A stretch of DNA of 36,790 nt from assembly GCF_001194135.2 (NCBI RefSeq), contig NC_068984.1, positions 86,004,398-86,041,187 on the forward strand. The letters run 5' to 3'. Under the pieces are notes generated by a model, which saw only the letters and a program-made list of their open reading frames with translations, made no database searches and was not told the DNA's origin. Positions 22,304 through 33,230 of this stretch are shown piece after piece. The first letter of the stretch is position 1. Each line of letters starts with the position of its first letter. Origin of the DNA: Octopus bimaculoides. Its lineage: Eukaryota. A program made the translations under genes and the position numbers.

Positions 22304-23490
22304 TGTAAGGGACGTCGGGGGCACCAATTGTAAGGGACGACCGTGCGAACTCATAAAAGGAGCAATGGTGACGAATGGAAAAACAGGACTCCCTTTTATT
22401 TAAACGTGTCACACGGTCGAACACAAAATATATATCGATGGATGATATACATGATATGTTATGCGACGATAACATAGATGACCAGTAATGAAAGACCACA
22501 ACCGTATAAGATGAATAACAGAGATATTTATTGTAGCGTTAAAGATGTATGTCTGTGTGAGAGTGTGAATGCGACATATAAGAACATAATCAAAGACAGG
22601 CCGTCATACAAAGAAAAGTGTGTATGTGAGTGATACATGTGTGTGAGTTATTACAGCAGATAGAAAGAGTCAGTAAATGNNNNNNNNNNNNNNNNNNNNN
22701 NNNNNNNNNNNNNNNNNNNNNNNNNNNNNNNNNNNNNNNNNNNNNNNNNNNNNNNNNNNNNNNNNNNNNNNNNNNNNNNNNNNNNNNNNNNNNNNNNNNN
22801 NNNNNNNNNNNNNNNNNNNNNNNNNNNNNNNNNNNNNNNNNNNNNNNNNNNNNNNNNNNNNNNNNNNNNNNNNNNNNNNNNNNNNNNNNNNNNNNNNNNN
22901 NNNNNNNNNNNNNNNNNNNNNNNNNNNNNNNNNNNNNNNNNNNNNNNNNNNNNNNNNNNNNNNNNNNNNNNNNNNNNNNNNNNNNNNNNNNNNNNNNNNN
23001 NNNNNNNNNNNNNNNNNNNNNNNNNNNNNNNNNNNNNNNNNNNNNNNNNNNNNNNNNNNNNNNNNNNNNNNNNNNNNNNNNNNNNNNNNNNNNNNNNNNN
23101 NNNNNNNNNNNGAAGTGGTCGCTGGAACTGCTGCTGCTGTCGTGTGGTACACGGAACAGTTCTCAAAGAGAAACTGGACCGAGACAAATTTGGCCGCCGA
23201 GTTAAAGCTATTTATAACAAACTATTGGCTCACCAGATGGTAGAAATATACTCTATCACGTGACCTTATTAGGGGCCGTGATTGGTCAGTTTGCGTTCTG
23301 GCGGGAACGGTTCGAAGAAGTTGCCGATTCGAATCATGATCAGTCACGTGATGGACAAGGAATGGGTTCTCTACTACGCTCGCATTTATTTATATTTAAA
23401 TGAGAAGATTGTATGTAATGGCGATAGTAGTTTGTATCTAATGGCGGGAGGTAGTTTCACTACAGATCAACCGTAACTTAACCTATTACA
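22304..23490 (-). mobile_element. LTR-like sequence(s) spanning an N gap
   Basis: TG...CA style ends: TGTAAGGGACG at 22304 and 22329, TGTTATG at 22457, and CTATTACA ending at 23490. Minus-strand AATAAA lies near 22397 and 22530, and the interior is CpG-rich. No matching TSD found. Confidence 0.4.
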
Positions 23491-23624
23491 CTCCCATTGT
23501 TTTGATGCACAATTTTCTATCATTAATAGAACTCGCCATTTTTGACGACATTGTTATACCAGTATTATATGTTATTACTAACAGTAGTCAATCATCTGAG
23601 CTTCACACTTCAATACAAATGTCC

Positions 23625-24009
23625 TTTTCTTTTCTTTTTTTACTTGTTTCAGTCATTTGACTGTGGCCATGCTGGAGCACCACCTTTAGTCGATCGAATC
23701 GACCCCAGGACTTATTCTTTGTAAGCCTAGTACTTATTCCATCGGACTCTTTTGCCGAACCGTTAAGTTACGGAGACATAAACACACCAGTATCGGTTGT
23801 CAAGCGATGTTGGGGAGGGGGGGAAACACAGACACAAACATATACACATACATACATATATACGAGTTTCTGTCTACCAAATCAACTCACAAGGCTTTGG
23901 TCGGCTCGAGACTATAGTAGAAGACACTTGCCTAAGGTGCCACGCAGTGGGACTGAACCCAGAACCATGTGGTTGGTAAGCAAGCTACTTACCACTCAGC
24001 CACTCCTAC
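23625..24009 (-). mobile_element. Near full-length tRNA-derived SINE with CORE-like segment
   Basis: Minus strand has A box TGGCTGAGTGG, B box GGTTCAGTCCC, a CORE-like GGCACCTTAGGCAAGTGTCTT, a central (TG/TA)n tract and an A-rich tail GACTGAAACAAGTAAAAAAAGAAAAAG. Confidence 0.85.
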
Positions 24010-24689
24010 GAAAAATTTTAAACACGCGTACACTTTAAAGAAAACTATTTTATCGATTCCACAAGAATTTAGAACGTGAAGAAATGTAACTAAAGAAATT
24101 CATTATTTCTAACATAATACGATCTTAACAAAATTAAATAGGAGAGAACTGTGAAACATCTTATAAAAGTTATTTCCCTTATGCCATCTCTGAGTGAGGG
24201 TGGAAAATGTTTTCGACGTTTGTTTTTTTGCATATGAAGGTCAATGTTTGTTTACACAGTGTTACGGAAAAAAATCGCTCAAGTATAGCCATATATGGCA
24301 ACAATGAGAAGATTTATAATTTGTCAAATGTTGCGCATGTGTGTGTTATTTTTTAAATATTAAAACTGAAACTCAAGTCGCGAGATAAAATCTCCGCTTC
24401 AGTTTAAATTGAAAAAAAAAAAAAAAATCTTCTATATGTACTGAACACTCCTTTCTAATGCGTCCGACATTAAGTAACGAACTTATACACACACATTAGT
24501 TTGACTTATCACATTCATTAAAGTTTCGTGGGCATAGGACGCGTTCACCTAATGATTAGGTCCTAATCTGAAATTCGAAGATACTGTCAAATAGTTTTAA
24601 ATACATGTAACTTCAACAAAATGTGTTGAGTCCTACTTTCTTTCGTGCGTGCGTGTGTTTGTGCGAGCGAGCGCACGAGCATGGCCATA

Positions 24690-25440
24690 TACTACCAAAA
24701 TGCAATGACTGGCTATAGTGTGGAGTTTGATAAAATAGACTTGCTGTTGGATTAAAGAAATATATGGCAGTAACTGTTTTTAAACTGAAGTAACAGCAAA
24801 TAGTGAAAGAAATAAAAATCTTTTATCATTGAACAGGTTGTTGTTTATTTGGATTGTACTGAATTTCAAAAAAGAGGACTACCTTATTGCCAGTGATTGA
24901 TAAAATTGTTAGTTTTGAACTGCTAAATCTAAATAATCCACAATCATCAAATCCTAACAGTTTAATCAAGGAAGATAAGGGACATGATCTCTGTGGAACA
25001 GATAACTCAAATTTCACTTGTATGGTAGATGGTCAATGTAGCAATAATATCCAAGACAAGACACCAATATTAATTGAAAATTCTTCTTACCTGCAATCCA
25101 GAGGGAGGGGTAGGGGGGCTTTTACTGCTTTCATATGCAATGGAGACAGAAGTTATTGACTATCATTGTACTGTTTCCATGTAATGTGTGGTTATTACAA
25201 GGGTAGAAAGTGCAACAATTAAGCAAGAAAAATAGTAAAATGCCATCATATATATGCACACAGACATATATCTTCAAATTCTTCACATTCACTGCCAAGA
25301 GAAGATGTACAATTGAGATGCTGGCAATGAAAAATGAAGCTAATAAACTATTCAATTATGAAAATTGCATTTGATGTTTCAGTTTTTAATTTAAGACAGC
25401 TTGCTATGGAATGCTTGCTAACACATTTATCCTACCAAAA
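24690..25440 (+). mobile_element. Helitron Rep (HUH endonuclease) remnant
   Basis: YQNAMT...FDKIDLL (24693; cf. YQDAM...GKPDLF), VFKLK, EFQKRGLPYCQ (24861-24893; cf. EFQKRGLPHAH), IDKIVSFEL..HDLCGTDNSNFTCMVDGQCS (cf. ID..ISAE..HGPCG..N.NSPCM.DGKCS), and RHISSN (~25265; cf. RYISS.EA). Confidence 0.8.
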
Positions 25441-25462
25441 AATTATTGTTTAATCCAAATAT

Positions 25463-25640
25463 AAGGCAATGAGCTGGCAGAATCATTAGCATGCCAGACA
25501 AAATGCTTCATAGCATTTCTTCTGGCTTTATGTCGTGAGTTCAAATCCCACTGAGGTTGACTGTCTTTCATCCTTTTGTGGGGGTCAATGAAATAAGTAC
25601 CAGTTGCATAGTGGGTTGCAAAATTTCAGGTTTCATCCAA
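25463..25640 (+). mobile_element. tRNA-derived SINE (OR/OK-like)
   Basis: GAGCTGGCAGAATCATTAGCATGCCAGACAAAATGCTT...GAGTTCAAATCCC...GAAATAAGTACCAGTTG. Confidence 0.8.
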
Positions 25641-25994
25641 ATCAGGTACAAGGGAAACTTGAATGTAATCAATCAATAAAATTTATAGCTTATTTTATGA
25701 AAAGTGAAGGGAATATCCAGGCAAGAGAAATTCCTTATGGTAATCTTCCATGATACTACTCAACTACAGTTATCACTGACAAGTGAGTATGACTTCATAG
25801 CATATACCATGCTTTCACTAATTGTTTTAGGTGTCTGTATAGTCATGAGCAGACAAAGACATCCTTTCAGTCCTCTCACTATTGATCCAACAGAAGAGCC
25901 AGGATATGCCAGCTGGAAAGAGAGGGATGTCAAACATCTGGTTGGTACTCATTTCATCTCTCTCTCTTTCTCTGTCTATCTATATATATATATC

Positions 25995-28777
25995 ATCATC
26001 ATCATCATCGTTTAACGTCCGCTTTCCATGCTGGCATGGGTTGGATGGTGTGACTGGGAACTGGTGAGCCAGATGGCTGCACCAGGCTCCAATCTGATCT
26101 GGCAGTTTCTACTGCTGGATGCCCTTCCTAACGCCAACCACTCCAAGAGTGTAGTGGGTGCTTTTACGTACCACCAGCACGAGGGCCAGTCAGGCAGTAC
26201 TGGCAACGGTCACGCTCAAATGGTGTTATTACGTGTCACCTGCACAGGAGCCAGTCCAGCGGCACTGGCAACGCCCTTGCTTGAATGTTGTTGTCCATGT
26301 ACCACCGGCACAAGTGCCAGTAAGGCGACACTGGTAATGATCATGCTCGAATGGTGCTTTTTATGTGCCACCGGAACTGGGGCCAGTCAATGGCCCTGGC
26401 AACAATCACACTCAGATGGTGCTCTTAGCACTCCACTAGCTCGGATGCTAGTCATGCAGTGCTGTCATCGAATTTGATTTCAATTTCACTTGCCTCAACA
26501 AGTCTTCACAAGCAGAGTTTAGTGTCCAAGAAAGGTACACCTAAGTGGGCTGGTTACATCACTGGCATAGGCCACAAGTTATAGTCTCACTTGGCTTGCT
26601 GGGTCTTCTCAAGCACAGCATATTTCCAAAGGTCTCGGTCACTAGTCATTGCCTCGGTGAGGCCTAATGTTCAAAGGTCGTGCTTCACCACCTCATCCCA
26701 GGTCTTTCTGGGTCTACCTCTTCCACAGTTTCCCTCAACCGTTAAGGTGTGACACTTTTTCACATAGCTATCCACATCTATTCGTACCACATGACCATAC
26801 CAGTGCAGTAGTCTCTCTTGCACACCACATCTGATGCTTCTTAGATCCAACTTTTCTCTCAAGGCACTTACACTCTGTCTAGTATGCACACTAACATTAC
26901 ACATCCAGCGGAGCATACTGGCTTCGTTACTTGCAAGCTTACGCATGTCCTCAGCAGTCACGGCCCATGTTTCACATCCATGTAGCATGGCTGTTCGTAC
27001 ACATGCGTCATACAGTCAGCCTATTACTTTGAGCGAGAGGCCCTTTGTCACCAGCAGAGGTAGGATTCTCTGAACTTTGCCCAGGTTATTCTTATTCTAG
27101 CAGCTACACTTTCAGAGCACCCACCCCTGCTACTAACTTGGTCACCTAGGTAACGGAAGCTATCAACTACTTCTAGTTTTTCTCCCTGGAATGAGGCAGA
27201 AGTTATTCTCTGCACATTTTCAGTGTTTATTGCTCCTGAGAATCTGGCACATACAAAAACTATCTTCCTAGTTAGCCTTCCTTTGATAATGCTGCACCTC
27301 TTATGTGTCCATAGCTTACACTGGGTACATCTTATAGAGTTTCTACCTATGCCTTTTCAACAGATCAAGCAGGGCCATCTACCTGAGAGGGGTTTGTGGT
27401 TTGTCTGCCTTTCTACTTATTAGGACTTTGGTTTTAGCTAGGTTGACTCTAAGGCTCTTCGATTCTAATCCTTGCTTCCACACCTGAAACTTCTCCTCTA
27501 GTTCTGATAGTGACTCAGCAATTAGAGCAAGGTCATCAACATAGAGAAGCTCCCAGGGGCATCCTGTCTTGAATTCCTCTGTTATCGCCTGGAGGACTAT
27601 GACAAATACGAGGGGGCTGAAGACAGAACCTTGGTGGACCCCTACCTCTATCCAGAATTGTTCACTGTACTCATTGCCAACCCTCACCTTACTGACAGTG
27701 TCTCTGTACATGGCTCACACAGCTCTCACTAACCATTCTTCTATCCCTAGTTTCCTCATTGACCACCAAATAAGGGATCGGGAGACCCTGTCGAAGGCTT
27801 TCTCCATGTCAATGAAAGCCAGGCACAGAGGCTTATCCTTGGCAAAGTATTTCTCCTGAAGCTGTCTTACCAGAAATATAGCATCAGTGGTGCTTTTCCC
27901 TGACACAAACCCAAACTGCATCTCATCTAAACTGACTCGCTCCCTAATTAGTTGGGCTATGACCCTCTCCGTAACTTTCATTACCTGATCTAGCAACTTG
28001 ATACCTCTGTAATTATTTGTATCTAAAGCGTCACCTTTACCTTTGTAACAGTTAACTATGGTGCTGCTACACCAGTCATTGGGTATGACTCCTTCGTGTA
28101 TCACCTGGTTTGTAATACGGGTGACTAGGCTATAGCCGACAATGTCAGATATTTTGAGCATTCCTGATGAGCCGGGGGCTTTCCCTGTCTTCATACTCTT
28201 AATTGCTTTATCTACCATAGTACTGTCAATTCGGATAGCTGGTCCCTCTGTTGGGTCGACATTCGGCAGACACTCTTTCTCCAATTCATTCTCTCTTAGC
28301 AAACTTTCATACTGGTGTCTTCAAGTCTCTCTTTTGCAACATCATTAAATGCAAGTGAGCCATCATCCATGTGGACACATTTCTCTCCCACGACATCACG
28401 ATTCTCTCTCACATACTGTCTGGTAACACGAAGTACCGCAAGTCTTTGGTCCTCACGGCATAGAACATTGGCAAATTTTTTCATATCTGCTTCTCCTCTG
28501 GCTAAGTAAACCTGTCTCCTAGTTTCCCTTCTAGCAGTCTGATACAATTCCCTGCTACCTCCGTTCTTCCAGTCCTGTTTCTTTTGTCTAATAGCTCTGT
28601 CAACCATATTGTTCTACCACCACATTACTTTGGGTCGAGAGGGAACTTTACACCAGCCACAGATCTGGTCAGTGGCTCTCAGCAGGCTGTCCCATAGAAA
28701 CCTCCAGTTGTCTTCCACATTGTATGATGCTATATCCCCTTCTATTTTGTTAAATGCTTCAAGTAGGATGTCTCTAT
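25995..28777 (-). mobile_element. RTE-clade LINE (linker, RT, PHD finger, thumb, 3' UTR, (GAT)n tail), pseudogenised
   Basis: ORF-track pieces include KTGKAPG, NYRGIKLL, QFGF..GKSTTDAIF, DMEKAFDRV, GVHQGSVFSP, YVDDL, YLGDQVS, LHGCETW, RLLHWYGHVVRID and GRGRPRKTWDEVV. The 3' UTR with tandem units spans 26000-26670. The 5' side is broken at ~28777 by a hAT-like half element (28778-28870). Confidence 0.95.
27245..27372 (-). other. PHD-type (C4HC3) zinc finger encoded inside RTE ORF2
   Basis: WPCLIC*KGIGRNSIRCTQCKLWTHKRCSIIKGRLTRKIVFVCARF lies between LRVNLAKTKVL and FRYLGD. Confidence 0.8.
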
Positions 28778-28985
28778 AAAAATAAAGTTTTTTTCCCAAC
28801 CACCAGTAGGGCATAGATTTTTCTGGAAAGTTATAGTAAGGCCTGGGGGAAAATAAGTAGGGAAACACTGGTATAAAGTATCCACTGCTTTTTAAGACAA
28901 CAGGGTGTGATTTGAGGGAAACTAGTCAACTATTCTTAGATGGTATAACTGTGTAGAGCAGTGAATCCTGTCAAACCATTCAACC

Positions 28986-29323
28986 AAGAGATTCCCAACA
29001 TGGGATAAATACCCCACTAATGGAGGCTGGGAGCCAATTTTTTTCTTCTTTCTTTTAGCGGAACATGGAGTGGTGAAAATCATTTTTTCACAGAAAATAT
29101 ACTACACCAATACGCAGCCTGGTCAAACCAATCTCTCCAGCCAAGCATATTGTGTAAAGACTCTTTGCTACAGTATTCTAATGCCCTAGTGTTGATATTT
29201 CTTTAAGGAAAGTATATAATTATGAAATATTAAAAATTAAGTTTTTTTCCAACCTCCGGTGGGGCATACATTTTTCTGAAAAGTTATAGTGGGGCCTGAG
29301 GGAAAATGGGCTGGGAAATGCTG
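28986..29323. mobile_element. hAT-type MITE inserted into an RTE tail (copy 1)
   Basis: TIR-like ends (A)AGAGATTCCCAAC / GCTGGGAAATGCTG with a degenerate 8-bp TSD ATTCAACC / GTTCATCC. It splits the RTE tail motif CAAACC.TCAACCCATGCCA. Confidence 0.65.
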
Positions 29324-29715
29324 GTTCATCCCATGCCAACATGGAACATGGACATTAAACGATGATGACGACAGGCCTCACTGAGGAAACAACAAGAGGC
29401 CAGGAGTTGTGATTTGCTGTATTTGAGAAGACACGCCAAGTTAAGTAAAATCACTGTCATACCGGCTTATCTTTTACAGGTGCAGATACCACATAAAATG
29501 CACTCATATTGATGCTGTGTAAATGTACCCATACCGGTGGCACATAAAAAGCACCTAGCATACTCTGTAAAGTGGTTGGCATCAGGAAGGGCATCCAGCC
29601 ATAGAAACCATGCCACAACAGACAACTGGAGTCTGGACAGCTGCCTGACTGGCCAGTTCCATGTCAAACCATCCAACCCTTGCCAGCATGAAAAACCGAC
29701 ATTAAATGATGATGA
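29324..29715 (+). mobile_element. Two RTE 3' tail stubs in tandem (copy 1)
   Basis: CCCATGCCAACATGGAACATGGACATTAAACGATGATGA, then a longer 3' UTR ending CCAGCATGAAAAACCGACATTAAATGATGATGATG. Confidence 0.8.
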
Positions 29716-29994
29716 TGGGTGTGAATAATGTAAGTACCACACTTGAAACCTAATATGTAAGGAAAGTGAAAAAAAATGAAGTATAAAGAAAAGTGTTTTT
29801 TAATAACAAAAAATAAATATGTCTATTCAAATGAACCACCACAATCATTTCAAAATTGCAATCTTTTATGAAAATTGAAATGGCATTTTAGTATNNNNNN
29901 NNNNNNNNNNNNNNNNNNNNNNNNNNNNNNNNNNNNNNNNNNNNNNNNNNNNNNNNNNNNNNNNNNNNNNNNNNNNNNNNNNNNNNNNNNNNNN

Positions 29995-31126
29995 TAACCA
30001 TTCTTCTATCCCTAGTTTCCTCATTGACCACTAGATAAGGGATCCGGGGACCCTGTCGAAGGCTTTCTCCATGTCAACAAAAGCCAGGTACAGAGGTTTA
30101 TCCTTGGCTAGGTATTTCTCCTGCAGCTGTCTTACCAGAAATATAGCATCAGTGGTGCTTTTCCCTGGCACGAACCTNNNNNNNNNNGTCTTACCAGAAA
30201 TATAGCATCAGTGGTGCTTTTCCCTGGCACGAACCTAAACTGCATCTCATCTAAACTGACTCGCTCCCTAATTAGTTGGGCTATGACCCTCTCTGTGACT
30301 TTCATTACCTGATCTAGCAACTTGATACTTCTGTAATTATTTGTACCTAAAGCGTCACCTTTACCTTTGTAACAGTTGACTATGGTGCTGCTACACCAGT
30401 CATTGGGTATGACTCCTTCGTGTACTACCTGGTTAACAATACGGGTGACTAGGCTATAGCCGGCACTACCAGATATTTTGAGCATCTCTGCGGTGATTCC
30501 TGATGGGCCGGGGGCTTTCCCTGTCTTCATACTCTTAATTGCTTTATCTACCATGGTACTGTCAATTCGGATAGCTGGTCCCTCTGTTGGGTTGACATTC
30601 GGCAGACTCTCTTTCTCCCATTCATTCTCTTTATTCAGTAATCTTTCTTAGTGGTGTCTCCAAACTTCTTTCTTTGCAGCCTCGTTTAGTGCAAGTGAAC
30701 CATCATCCATGCAGACACATTTCTCTCCTATGTTATCACGATTCTCTCTCACACACTGTCTTGCAACACGAAATACTTCAAGTCTTTGGTCCTCAGAGCG
30801 CAGAACATTGGCAAACTTTTTCCTATCTGCTTCCCCTCTGGCTAAGTAAACCTGTCTCCTAGCTTCCCTTCTAGCAGTCTGATACAATTCCCTGCTACCT
30901 CCATTCTTCCAGTCCTTCCAAGCCGGTTTCTTTTGTCTAATAGCCCTGTCAACCACACTGTTTCACCACCACATTACTTTGGGTCAAGAGGGGACTTTAC
31001 ACCAGCCACAGATCTGGTCGGTGGCTCTCAGCAGGCTGTCCTGTAGAAACCTCCAGTTGTCTTCCACGTTGTATGATGCTATATACCCTTCTATTTTGTC
31101 AAATGCTTCAAGTAGGATGTCTCTAT
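29995..31126 (-). mobile_element. RTE LINE ORF2 fragment, duplicate of 27727-28777
   Basis: MVDKAIKSMKTGKAPGPSGITAEMLKIS...GKSTTDAIFLVR and RQKKPAWKDWKNGGSRE; same 5' breakpoint as copy 1. Confidence 0.9.
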
Positions 31127-31331
31127 GAAAATAAAAAATTTTTTCCAACCACCAGTAGAGCATAGATTTTTCTGGAAAGTTATAGTAAGGCCTGGGGGGA
31201 AAATAGGTCGGGAAACACTGGTATAAAGTATCCACTCCTTTTTAAGACAGCAGGGTGTGATTTGAGGGAAACTAGTCAACTATTCTTAGATGGTATAACT
31301 GTGTAGAGCAGTGAATCCTGTCAAACCATTC

Positions 31332-31614
31332 TGTGGTGTTATGAGCTGTGATGAGCTGTGTGTTGTGGTGGAGAGAGGTGAGGCAAACAGAGGTGAAGCC
31401 AGACCGGAAGGGCCAGACCGGATGGGTCAGATCGGAAGTCGGCGACACACGGTCGAAGGCTAGTACGTGGAGGCAGTCAGAAAACAGAGAGGTTACGAGA
31501 AAGACGTGTTCTGATCAGGAGCAATCGTGTACTCCGCTGCGGTTGACAAGGTAAGGTCCAACGTTTCATTCTGTCCTTTTGCTTCTTGTTGTCTTTTTCC
31601 TCCATCACACCACA
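31332..31614. mobile_element. Solo LTR (283 bp) with 5-bp TSD
   Basis: 8-bp inverted ends TGTGGTGT...ACACCACA, flanked by CATTC at 31327-31331 and 31615-31619. The duplicate copy has a single CATTC at 28977-28981 (empty site). Confidence 0.85.
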
Positions 31615-31623
31615 CATTCAACC

Positions 31624-31952
31624 CAGAGATTCCCAACATGGGATAAATACCCCACTGGTGGAGTCTGGGATCCAATTTTTTTTTTAGCAGGACATGGAGT
31701 TGTGAAAATCATTTTTTCACAGAAAATATACTACACCAATACTCAGCCTGGCCAAACCAATCTCTCCAGCCAAGCATATTGTGTAAAGACTCTTTGCTAC
31801 AGTATTCTAATACCCTAGTGTTGATATTTCTTTAAGGAAAGTATATAATTATGAAATATTAAAAATAAAGTTTTTTTCCAACCTCCGGTGGGGCATACAT
31901 TTTTCTGAAAAGTTATAGTGGGGCCTGAGGGAAAATGGGCTGGGAAATGCTG
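31624..31952. mobile_element. hAT-type MITE (copy 2)
   Basis: CAGAGATTCCCAAC ... GCTGGGAAATGCTG, with TSD-like ATTCAACC (31616-31623) / GTTCATCC (31953-31960). Confidence 0.65.
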
Positions 31953-32350
31953 GTTCATCCCATGCCAACATGGAACATGGACATTAAATGATGATGATGA
32001 CAGGCCTCACTGAGGAAACAACAAGGGGCCAGGAGTTGTGATTTCCTGTATTTGAGAAGACATGCCAAGTTAAGTAAAATCACTGTCATACTGGCTTATC
32101 TTTTACAGGTGCAGATACCACATAAAATGCACTCATATTGGTGCTGTGTATATGTACCCATACTGGTGGCACATAAAAAGCACCTAGCATACTCTGTAAA
32201 GTGGTTGGCATTAGGAAGGGCATCCAGCCATAGAAACCATGCCACAACAGATAACTGGAGTCTGGACAGCTGCCTGACTGGCCAGCTCCATGTCAAACCA
32301 TCCAACCCATGCCAGCATGAAAAACTGACATTAAATGATGATGATGATGG
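31953..32350 (+). mobile_element. Two RTE 3' tail stubs (copy 2)
   Basis: Duplicate of 29324-29715. Confidence 0.8.
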
Positions 32351-32794
32351 GTGTGAATAATCTAAGTACCACACTTGAAACTTAATATGTAAGGAAAGTG
32401 AAAAAAATGAAGTATAAAGAAAAGTGTTTTTTATTAACAAAAAATGAATATGTCTATTCAAATGAACCACCACATTCATTTCAAAATTGCAATCTTTTAT
32501 GAAAATTGAAATGGCATTTTAGTATAGTCCAGCTGTGACTGAACTTGTTTCTTCAATGAAATCTTTTGCATGTTTAAGTATTCTGCATTTTCAGCTGAGT
32601 TTTCTGCAATCAGCAGCACAATTTCAGTATATTCCTCTGCAGTATATGACGCTTTGTATTCTGCACCATACATACAGGCAAAGTACAAATAGCAGAAGAA
32701 GATATTAAAAACGATTTTACTTATTGTTTGATTAGATAATGGAAATATTTTCATTCTATCTCACTTTGCTTTCCCATGTGATAGGAAAGTACAT

Positions 32795-33136
32795 TGATGC
32801 ATGTGTGTATACATACATTATATAATGTGTGTGTGTGCATATACATATATATATATACACATACATGCACACATTATATATATATATATACACATTCACA
32901 TGTATACATGCACACAATATATATATATACATACACACTCACATATATACATGCACACAATATATATATATATACATACACATACATATATATATGCACA
33001 CAATATATATATACATACACAATATATATATATATATATAAATATATATACACTCACATATATACATGCACACTATATATATATATGCACATACACATTA
33101 TATGTATATATACAGACACACACATACATGCACATA

Positions 33137-33169
<33 letters not shown>

Positions 33170-33230
33170 GCACGTTATATATGTACATACATACATACAT
33201 ATGTGTCTGTCTGTACATGTATACACACTC
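32795..33230. repeat. Compound (TA)/(CA) microsatellite with higher-order periodicity
   Basis: Alternating purine-pyrimidine array with a recurring CATGCAC(AC) anchor roughly every 40 bp. Confidence 0.95.

Larger units (their letters stand above)
27727..32524. repeat. Tandem segmental duplication: 27727-29894 versus 29995-32524
   Basis: The copies are colinear and share the RTE piece, its breakpoint, hAT MITEs, RTE tails and the unique AT-rich flank ending GGCATTTTAGTAT. They are separated by a 100-N gap. Confidence 0.9.

Noticed and set aside
30129-30236. Exact 49-bp direct repeat around a 10-N gap
   Set aside because: Identical overlap on both sides of a minimal gap is a contig-join artefact.
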